Source: a virus. Taken from it: a stretch of DNA of 64,000 bases. The stretch is from positions 32,001 to 96,000 of the IMG/VR virus record IMGVR_UViG_3300023174_000052; one strand, written 5' to 3'. The stretch's first letter is position 1. Every line of letters begins with the position of its first letter. A model generated the notes under the pieces. The model was not told where the DNA came from. It did no database searches and saw only the letters and a list, made by a program, of their open reading frames with translations. This document shows positions 8,997 to 16,828 of the stretch, piece by piece. The translations under genes and the position numbers were made by a program.

Positions 8997-9812
8997 CTAC
9001 CTCAGTTTTTTCTGAGGTCTTGAACCTATCTTTCGTCTCGTCGCTTCGACTTTTAATCTCTTGACATGCCCTAACTTATTAACGATGTCGAACTCAAGAT
9101 TTTCCTCGAGTTCTTTAACGATTTCTTCCAAAGCTAATTTGGGCGGCGGTACTACATTCATGATTTGACAACATCTGATTAGAATATTAACCCTCTTGTC
9201 CATATCACCGAATGAGTTGCCCCATGCCCAAGCTATTGAACCATGCGTCTTTGATATCGATTCTGTCAATTCTTTTATTTTAGAAGCGAAAGCCTCTTCC
9301 ATCATCTCTGGGTCTGCATCAACGTCAATGTCTAACTCTGCGGCGACTTCTAAAAGCTCAGACCACTTACCCGTCTTAAAAGAATCGGTAGCTTCTATGT
9401 AAAGTGAAGCCAATCTATCCCTTTGAGCGTCAGAAAGTTCTTCGTTTCTATTTAATTTGTCTGGGTGTGTTAACTGGACAACTTGACGATAAGCTTTCTT
9501 GGCCCAAGGAGGAGCCTCGGGTCTCTGTGGGTCAGCTTCTTTCTCAGCCTCTTCAACTATTTTATCTGCATCTTGAGGTGGTGGTTCTGATTGCGGGGGT
9601 GGTGGAGCTTCGTCTTCTTGTTCTTTTTTAGCCGGCGTCGGTCTATGGGCTTCTACTCTTTCTTTTTCTTTGCCATACGATAACAATGCGCTACAAGCTC
9701 GATTAACGTCATGTGCGTAGACAGCCTTACGCTCAAGAACATCGATGTGTTCATCTTTTAAATCCCGTAAACGACGGGCAAGATTACGAGCTCGGCCTGA
9801 CAATCTTACCAA
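8997..9812 (-). CDS. J-domain (DnaJ-like) protein
   Basis: WAKKAYRQVVQLTHPDKL is J-domain helix II plus the HPD motif. Confidence 0.75.
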   Translation of the reverse strand: MVRLSGRARNLARRLRDLKDEHIDVLERKAVYAHDVNRACSALLSYGKEKERVEAHRPTPAKKEQEDEAPPPPQSEPPPQDADKIVEEAEKEADPQRPEAPPWAKKAYRQVVQLTHPDKLNRNEELSDAQRDRLASLYIEATDSFKTGKWSELLEVAAELDIDVDADPEMMEEAFASKIKELTESISKTHGSIAWAWGNSFGDMDKRVNILIRCCQIMNVVPPPKLALEEIVKELEENLEFDIVNKLGHVKRLKVEATRRKIGSRPQKKLR

Positions 9813-10039
9813 CCACGCTTATATAATTGCCACAACTCGACTGGCCAAACAAAAGACCAAGGAAGTTCTTTCTTGACTTTCACTCGAATTTCTTTGACTT
9901 CACGCTTCGTTTCGCGAGAACGAGATATGTCTTCGTATCGAACAGAAAATCGATAAGCCGATAATTTTTCAATGACCGATGCCAATATACCAACACCGTA
10001 CAAGCCTGAAACTATGACAACGTAATCTAAAGGTTGCAT
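9806..10039 (-). CDS. Small membrane protein
   Basis: N-terminal hydrophobic helix. GGAGG lies 8 nt upstream of ATG 10039, with an ATACTTA motif further upstream. Confidence 0.55.
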   Translation of the reverse strand: MQPLDYVVIVSGLYGVGILASVIEKLSAYRFSVRYEDISRSRETKREVKEIRVKVKKELPWSFVWPVELWQLYKRGW

Positions 10040-10079
10040 AAAATATACCTCCACGAATTAAGTATAACGTGATAAGGTA

Positions 10080-10553
10080 TTATTCGTCGTCGCCTGAATC
10101 TTCTAACAATTCTTGGGCAGCTCGTCGAACCGATAGTTTCTCTGGGTGTTTCTTATCTCGATTAGGGTCGGCAGCTCGTTCAATCGCAGCGATTCTCGCT
10201 TTATGGGAACTACCCCTTTCTCCCAACCAATTTGTAATAGACTGGAGTGCGGTGACTCGTTCCTGTAATACTTGGGGTCGTGTTCGCATGCGTTCACCCT
10301 CAGCCTGGGACCAACCGACGAGCCTCTTAAGTACCTCTTCGAAAGCCTTCGCCCGATCTTCTTCTTCAATTTTAAGAAGATTTTCCAAGGATGCTCGTGC
10401 GAAGTTCGATACTTCATTTAGAATTCGTGAAGCTTCGTCTTTTACTACTTCTGCTCGTTTAACTTCGTCAAGTGCAACTTGCAAAGTTTTTTCGATAGTC
10501 GTAGATACCTCTTCAACCTCTGACAGCCTGTTTTCTAATTCGTTCTTTTTCAT
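10080..10553 (-). CDS. Coiled-coil hypothetical protein
   Basis: 157 aa charged helical ORF on the coding strand. Confidence 0.7.
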   Translation of the reverse strand: MKKNELENRLSEVEEVSTTIEKTLQVALDEVKRAEVVKDEASRILNEVSNFARASLENLLKIEEEDRAKAFEEVLKRLVGWSQAEGERMRTRPQVLQERVTALQSITNWLGERGSSHKARIAAIERAADPNRDKKHPEKLSVRRAAQELLEDSGDDE

Positions 10554-10597
10554 GAAAAAAATCTAATCGCTACGTTTCAAGTGTTTAATGATTAGAC

Positions 10598-10647
10598 AAA
10601 AAAAGGGCCGGTCACTAAGACCGGCCCAAGGGGGACCCGAAGGTCCC
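10598..10647 (-). terminator. Rho-independent terminator preceded by a cUUCGg hairpin
   Basis: The minus strand reads GGGACC-TTCG-GGTCCC, then GGGCCGGTC-TTAGT-GACCGGCCC followed by T7, just after the stop at 10654. Confidence 0.88.
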
Positions 10648-10653
10648 GTTAAA

Positions 10654-13164
10654 TTAGCGAACGACCAACACGATAACGTCGTCGGCGACGAGCGGGAACG
10701 CGAAGGTGATGTTGCCACTGGCTGAGGCGATGTCATAGTCCATTCCTGAACCACCGACCATCAACTGACCGTTGACGTAGACATCGACTTTCGACATCTT
10801 CTTCGCGAGGGTGGCACCAACGAGTTGGGTCCACTTGGTTCCGAAGTCGGCGCTTTCGCCGTCGAAGTGTACGAAGTCAGAAGCGGTGATAGCAGAGCCA
10901 GAAGCGATAGTCGTGCTGACTTCCTTCTTGTACTTGCCACCGGCACCACCAGCGACGAGAGCACCGATGATGGAGACTTCAGCGCCACCGAACGCGGTGG
11001 TTAACTGGGTCCATTCTTCAGCGCTTGACGCGAGCTTGATACCAGCGGTCGGCCATGAAGAACCATCGCGGTAGGAATCCGCGAAGACCATCGCGCCACC
11101 AGCAGACATGCTGAGGTGTGAGGAAGCGGAGACGAATAGAGCGCCACCGGTCTTGAGGAGTGACTGCGCGCCAGCCTTGTCGAGGGTCATGTCGGCGGCG
11201 AAGTATGAAGCGCCGGCAACATCGAGCTGCGCGTCGAGAGTGACATTGCCAACCGCGTGAACGGTCGAAAGCATGTCGACGGAGCCAGTGACGAGCATGG
11301 AGGACTTGAAGTCCGCCGCGCCATCGATGCGGAGGGTGCTGTAGGCGTGGACCGCACCATGTAGGTCGGAAGCGCCCGCGACATCCATCGCGTCGTTGAA
11401 GTCAACCGCACCGTCAGCGCGGAGGGTTGAGTACGCGTAGACTGCGCCATGGAGGTCAGAAGCTAACGCGACGTCTAACGCACCGTTAAGGTCTGCATCA
11501 GAAGCAACCGCGAGGGTTGACTTGAGGTCAGCAGCGCCAGAAACTTCGAGCTGTGCAGCAACGAGGAGCTTGGACTGGTCGAAGGTTAACTTCGCTTCAT
11601 CCTTGATTGAACCATCTTCGTCGACGATGTAGAGGCGTTTTGCAACGTCGCCGTCGATCTTGATGAGTGATGCAGAAACACCAGCGTTCGCGTCAACGAT
11701 ACCATTGAACGCAACGGCACCGGCAACAGTTAGACCAGCCTGGAGGTTGAGGTCGCCCTGGATATCCGCGGCGCCATTGACGTCGAGGTCACCACCGACC
11801 ATCGCGTCGCCAGAGAGGTATAGGTCCTTCCACTGAACCGCAGATGAACCGAGGTCCTTAGAAGCATCGGCTGAAGCGAGGAGGTTCTCAGAGAATACCC
11901 AAGCGTCCTTCGCGTTGTCCCACATGATGGTGTGGTCGGTTGTGCCCTTAAGGGTGATACCACCGCCGTCAGCGGTCGCGTCAGAAGGAGCAGAACCTGA
12001 GATCGCACCGAGCTCGATGTTCTTGTCTTCGACGATGACGGTCTGAACGTTCGCGATGATTTGATCGCCTTGAACGACTAAGTCGCCGGCGATTGAAACG
12101 TTTCCAGAGAACGTGCCATCAACTGCAGATAGGTCACCAGCAGCGGTGACGTCGCCAGTCGCAGCGTCAACAACGAACTTGGTGGTCGCAACCTTGAAGT
12201 CACCACCGACGTCAGCGGCGCCGGACACATCGAGTGTGCCATCGACAGCAAGTTGGTCAGCAGCAAAGGTTAGCTTCGCAGAGTCAACGAGTGCGCCACC
12301 GGTTCCGACGTAAACAACGCGGGTCGCGGTGAGGTCTTCGACGATCGCGGAAGCGAGGGTCGCTTCGCCATCGACTTCGAGAGTGCCGTACGCGTGAACC
12401 GCGCCGTGGAGGTCAGAAGAACCAGAGACGTCTAACGCAGCGTTGAAGTCAACGGCGCCGGCGACTGTGAGGGTGTCCTGAAGGTTGAGAGCGCCTTGGA
12501 TATCAGCCGCGCCATTGACATCGAGGTCGCTAGCAACGTTGAGGTAACCATCGACGTCGAGGGTCATTGAAGAAGAGGTGAACGCGAAACCAGTGATGGT
12601 CTTGAGTTTGCCGTTCTCGTCCGTGAAGACAACTTCCTGAGCGCCGAGCTGGCCGAGGTCGATACCTGCTGAAACGGAGAGAGCGCCGTCAACAGAGAGG
12701 GTCGTGCCGTCCCAGGTAATCTTCGAATCGTTCTTTAGACGACCGATTGAATCGTTGAATACGAGACCGCCTTCAACCGTGAGGTCTTCAACCTTCGCTG
12801 AATCGAGGGTAGCGAGAGCGTCAACTTCGAGGGTCGAGTAAGCGTGGACTGCACCGTGGAGGTCAGACGTTCCCGCGACATCGGCATTGCGATCGATATC
12901 GAGGTCACGGCCACCCTTGATGTCGGATGAAGCAGAGAGAACGCCGATGAACTGCGCAGTATCGTGCACGAACTTACCAGCATCCTGGTTGGTGAACGCT
13001 GCATCACCGTGGATACGCTTGATAGCGCCGGCGAATTGACCGAGGACGCCTTCTAGGTCGATGGCGCTGATATCTGCGGGGGCTGCTTTTGAAGAAGCAA
13101 CGCCGTCAATGGCTGAAAGACTTCCAGTAATAGCGTGAAGTCTCATCTGAGTACGCTGTGCCAT
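10654..13164 (-). CDS. Virion fibre-like structural protein, paralog A
   Basis: G/A/V/D-rich beta repeats, 4 copies of DLHGAV(H/Y)AY, a VEDKNIELG segment and a C-terminal YVNGQLM..DYDI domain. Strong C-ending codon bias. Confidence 0.7.
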   Translation of the reverse strand: MAQRTQMRLHAITGSLSAIDGVASSKAAPADISAIDLEGVLGQFAGAIKRIHGDAAFTNQDAGKFVHDTAQFIGVLSASSDIKGGRDLDIDRNADVAGTSDLHGAVHAYSTLEVDALATLDSAKVEDLTVEGGLVFNDSIGRLKNDSKITWDGTTLSVDGALSVSAGIDLGQLGAQEVVFTDENGKLKTITGFAFTSSSMTLDVDGYLNVASDLDVNGAADIQGALNLQDTLTVAGAVDFNAALDVSGSSDLHGAVHAYGTLEVDGEATLASAIVEDLTATRVVYVGTGGALVDSAKLTFAADQLAVDGTLDVSGAADVGGDFKVATTKFVVDAATGDVTAAGDLSAVDGTFSGNVSIAGDLVVQGDQIIANVQTVIVEDKNIELGAISGSAPSDATADGGGITLKGTTDHTIMWDNAKDAWVFSENLLASADASKDLGSSAVQWKDLYLSGDAMVGGDLDVNGAADIQGDLNLQAGLTVAGAVAFNGIVDANAGVSASLIKIDGDVAKRLYIVDEDGSIKDEAKLTFDQSKLLVAAQLEVSGAADLKSTLAVASDADLNGALDVALASDLHGAVYAYSTLRADGAVDFNDAMDVAGASDLHGAVHAYSTLRIDGAADFKSSMLVTGSVDMLSTVHAVGNVTLDAQLDVAGASYFAADMTLDKAGAQSLLKTGGALFVSASSHLSMSAGGAMVFADSYRDGSSWPTAGIKLASSAEEWTQLTTAFGGAEVSIIGALVAGGAGGKYKKEVSTTIASGSAITASDFVHFDGESADFGTKWTQLVGATLAKKMSKVDVYVNGQLMVGGSGMDYDIASASGNITFAFPLVADDVIVLVVR

Positions 13165-13180
13165 GTTTAAATTCCTTTAT

Positions 13181-13290
13181 AACTGTTCAGAAATTTTTCC
13201 CGAAATCACATGATTCGGGGGACTTTGACAAGACGTTCGGCGTACAATGCGCTGAACAGTTTGACTCGTGGGAATACACCCAAGATTCGC
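13181..13290 (-). promoter_or_regulatory. Structured 5' leader of fibre paralog A
   Basis: A 10-bp perfect stem (13181-13190 with 13252-13261) encloses internal hairpins and closes just before the RBS. Confidence 0.5.
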
Positions 13291-13392
13291 TCAACTAATA
13301 ATATCTATAACGAAATGAAGTCTCATTCAAAAGTTATTACACTTTTACAAATTATTACTATTGTTACTTTTTAAATATTATTTTGTCTCTCG

Positions 13393-16300
13393 TTATCCTA
13401 TCGTGAGTGTGCCGCCTGCAAATGTGAGAGTTGAATTGACTTTAAGGACCTTAGTATCAGAATAATTAGTCGCTTTTAAGTGTCCATTCTGCGTAATAGT
13501 GATTGAACCTGAAGCTATGGTATCGATGACTGGAATTTCGAGAACGCCTTCGTTGACAGAGACGCCACCCGTTAGCGTGTTTAGACCAGATAGCGTAACG
13601 GTTCCTGCTCCGTTCTTATTAAATAGACCAGAACCTGCCATGATGCCACCGTACGTTAATGTCTTTCCATTCTCAATATCGAAAGTAGAACTACCGTCTA
13701 CTCTTATTCCTCTGTTAGAGCTAATCTGGAACGATGCAGAAGCTACGAAACGACTTCCACCAGCGAATAGTAACTTATTCGCAGTCGCAGTTCCTGGCGT
13801 CGAACCAAAGACAGTATCACTCGAGATGCCTGAAGCTACAGTTAACGTACCGGTTACGAAAGTTGAACCTGCGTAGGTATTCGACGCGCCTAACGTGAGT
13901 CGACCTTGCGAACCAGAAACCATTATGGAGCCCGCTCCGGAGATTACACCGTTCTGTACCCAGTCACCTGGTCCCGAGAATCTAATCGCATCGCTATGAG
14001 CAGAACCCGTAATTCCCATAAGACCAGATACAGTCGTAGTTTGACCCGCTGGGGTTACGAGATTTCTTCCGATGCCGACTATTTCGATGTTGTTTGGAAT
14101 GCTGATGGACCCGCTGAACGTTACGCTATTTTGTTCATATGTAGAAGTCTGCCATCTTAGACCGGTAGAGGTCTTCGGTAATGAATTCTGGCCATTGAAA
14201 ATGTAAGAACCGTTATATGCGCCACCCATCATGATGTATAACGCGTCTAATCCCTGGTTATTACCGGCGTATTCTATGGTGTTAAGTTCGCGACCATCCC
14301 AACTTCTGGCAATGAAGTATTCGTTCGTGATAGAACCAGAGATATTTCCCGCGATTGTTAGTTTATTATAAACACCATATCCTGCGTCGTCCTTTTTGAA
14401 TAGTCTCTTTCTGCCTGTATTTGGAACGAGTATGATATTATTCGTTAAAGTTTCATTATTAGAATTTTCTATTATAATGTCAGAGTTTAACGAACCAGAA
14501 TAGACGATTGGTCCTGAACCAAAGGCATTGACTGAGTTGACGTATATTTTTGCTAACGCGACGTTCGCGTTGTGTATTACGCCGCCTGTGTGAGTATTTG
14601 TACCGCTTAGATACGTGTTATAAGCACCGTAAGACTTCTTCACAGGAGCCGTACCCGATAGGTTCGCAGCGATTGAAGCGTATAGATAATTATCTAATAT
14701 CGAAGTATCTAATGCGCTATCAGAGCTTAGCACCGTGGTCGTCGGAGTCGTCGAAAGGTTATGCATTACCTTCACACCCGACGCGCCACCTGCGGAATTT
14801 GTGTTACCAAGGTGTAGAGTACCCGCTGAGTGTGTCACTGGTAGGGTGAAAGTATTATTACCACCCAAAACCAATCGGCCCGTCCCAATCTTCGTAATGC
14901 CGCCGGAGCCTGTGATATTGAGCATCAAAGAACCAGTTAAACCCGCTGCGAGTCCTGAAATCTTCGATATATCGACTGGATAATTCGATGTGAACGTAGC
15001 ACCCTCTAACTGAAGCGTAACTCCCCGAGGTACTATTGGGTCTAATGTAGACGCGTTAATAACTGCCCCTGCAGTTCCACCTATCCTGGAGCTTGAAGGC
15101 GCCGCAAAAATGAGAGAACCGCTGAATCCTGGGCCGTATACTATACCGGAGCTTGCAGCTATGTCTGTAGTTCCTGAGTTAGTAAACGTTCCTGCGCCAG
15201 TGACGTATAGAACGCCTGTGACTTCTAAACGACCCGTGTGTACGACCGCCTTTCCTGATGGTACATCGATACCTCTATCGTATGCGCCAACCATCCATAA
15301 CTTTTGTGGTATGGTCATGTTAGCAGATAGTTTTAGGAGGTTATCTCTTGATGAACTACCTGGCCACGTCGTTATCATGGGAACGTTAGATAACGCGGGT
15401 ATAGAATTAGCAGATGCTATTTCGTATGCGTTAGTTACGTTATATCCTAATAATAAACTTGAAGCCGTAACTTGCTGTAAATTCGCAGAGACAACGTGTC
15501 GAGTATTTAGATTAGCGTTGGGTGATAGTAATAGAATCGTTTGACCTGGCCCACCGCCCGTCCAATTTCCAGTGTACGTAATTGAATGAAATGGTGCTCC
15601 ACCGTTTTGGAATGAAAACGCGTTTGTACCGTTAGTTACCCAAGTAGAGTTTCCAAAATCGACGTCTTGGGAAACTGTCCAAGATGTAGGATTCGTCGCT
15701 GGACCAATGTTATATGTGTTTATTCTATAGCTCTGTTGCTGGTTGAAATATAATCTGCCATTCCCCATTGCCTCAGCATTCAGGAACTGCACATTAGTAC
15801 CAGGAGACGCAGAGTTTCTGGAAGTTAATTTAAAACCACCGGTGCTTATATTATTTCCGCTGACGATAAGATTCGCGTTTGTTTCCGTTCCAGGGTCGAC
15901 TTCTAATATCTCTGAGCCGCTTAGGTTAGAACTGATGGCACCGTATAAAGCTTTATCGAACCAAGAAGTATCTAAATATTGACTCGCGCTCAATGCCGAA
16001 TTGTTCTTTATCTTAATAGTCTTCGTAGAACCGAGCTTGCCACCGTCTATGATGTCGAGCGTACCACCAGATACTTCGACGCCACCCGAGAATGTATTTG
16101 TTCCGCTTAATATTAATTTAGCAGCACCGACTTTCTTGAGTGGTCCTGCTCCTGTTATGTTTACTGATATCGTAGACGTCGCGTTCGTAACTGAAACTTC
16201 GCCGCCACCTGATGGCATGTTCCAAGCAGATGAACCATCAACAGTCCAAGAGTAATAAGGTGATGTCGAATCTCCGAGAGACATAGACGCAACCTGCGTG

Positions 16301-16452
16301 TCTCCACCTGAGATGGTAACAACACCAGCGGCATTCGAAGCGATATCGGTGCCGAGTACAGCGTTGTCACCTGATGAAGGAACTCCAGCGTCCCAATTAC
16401 CTGAACTGTTCCAAGAGCCCGCAGTCGTCTGTGTCCAATTTTTAGTAGCCAT
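13393..16452 (-). CDS. Beta-helix protein with autotransporter passenger-associated (PATR) repeats, putative adhesin / receptor-binding protein
   Basis: Repeats such as GPLKKVGAAKLILSGTNTFSGGVEVSGGTL and GGITKIGTGRLVLGGNNTF. N-terminal W..G.W...GNW motif. No signal peptide or beta-barrel. Confidence 0.8.
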   Translation of the reverse strand: MATKNWTQTTAGSWNSSGNWDAGVPSSGDNAVLGTDIASNAAGVVTISGGDTQVASMSLGDSTSPYYSWTVDGSSAWNMPSGGGEVSVTNATSTISVNITGAGPLKKVGAAKLILSGTNTFSGGVEVSGGTLDIIDGGKLGSTKTIKIKNNSALSASQYLDTSWFDKALYGAISSNLSGSEILEVDPGTETNANLIVSGNNISTGGFKLTSRNSASPGTNVQFLNAEAMGNGRLYFNQQQSYRINTYNIGPATNPTSWTVSQDVDFGNSTWVTNGTNAFSFQNGGAPFHSITYTGNWTGGGPGQTILLLSPNANLNTRHVVSANLQQVTASSLLLGYNVTNAYEIASANSIPALSNVPMITTWPGSSSRDNLLKLSANMTIPQKLWMVGAYDRGIDVPSGKAVVHTGRLEVTGVLYVTGAGTFTNSGTTDIAASSGIVYGPGFSGSLIFAAPSSSRIGGTAGAVINASTLDPIVPRGVTLQLEGATFTSNYPVDISKISGLAAGLTGSLMLNITGSGGITKIGTGRLVLGGNNTFTLPVTHSAGTLHLGNTNSAGGASGVKVMHNLSTTPTTTVLSSDSALDTSILDNYLYASIAANLSGTAPVKKSYGAYNTYLSGTNTHTGGVIHNANVALAKIYVNSVNAFGSGPIVYSGSLNSDIIIENSNNETLTNNIILVPNTGRKRLFKKDDAGYGVYNKLTIAGNISGSITNEYFIARSWDGRELNTIEYAGNNQGLDALYIMMGGAYNGSYIFNGQNSLPKTSTGLRWQTSTYEQNSVTFSGSISIPNNIEIVGIGRNLVTPAGQTTTVSGLMGITGSAHSDAIRFSGPGDWVQNGVISGAGSIMVSGSQGRLTLGASNTYAGSTFVTGTLTVASGISSDTVFGSTPGTATANKLLFAGGSRFVASASFQISSNRGIRVDGSSTFDIENGKTLTYGGIMAGSGLFNKNGAGTVTLSGLNTLTGGVSVNEGVLEIPVIDTIASGSITITQNGHLKATNYSDTKVLKVNSTLTFAGGTLTIG

Positions 16453-16503
16453 AGTCCCTTCCTATTTTCTGTTCGAGTTAATGATTTAGATCACATTACT
16501 CTA

Positions 16504-16827
16504 TTAGAGTACGTTAGCCTTACGAACGACGACTTTGACTTTTAATCCTGTTGAATCGACGTAGGTAGCCTGGACTGCATAGCCTGCGGGTACTTTTATA
16601 TCGATCTTATCATTAAGATTAGCGAGCGCGGGAAGGACAGAACCTCCCCACTTTATTCCTGAACCGGTATCGAATATAGTATATGTCCCAGGTTGTGTAA
16701 TTATCGTCGACTGTAAATTCACAACCGGAGGAGCCGATCCGAGGTCGAGGAAGGAGGCGACCTCGACGGTGCCTCCTGATACTGGCGTAGAATTGGTCTT
16801 ATGTAAAGACCTTCTTATGAGAAGCAT
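16504..16827 (-). CDS. Small adaptor protein, homologous to the N-terminus of 27381-28961
   Basis: Shared motifs G.YTIFDT..GI.W.GS.LPA and GYAV...YVDSTG.KVKV..RKA. Confidence 0.75.
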   Translation of the reverse strand: MLLIRRSLHKTNSTPVSGGTVEVASFLDLGSAPPVVNLQSTIITQPGTYTIFDTGSGIKWGGSVLPALANLNDKIDIKVPAGYAVQATYVDSTGLKVKVVVRKANVL

Positions 16828-16828
16828 A

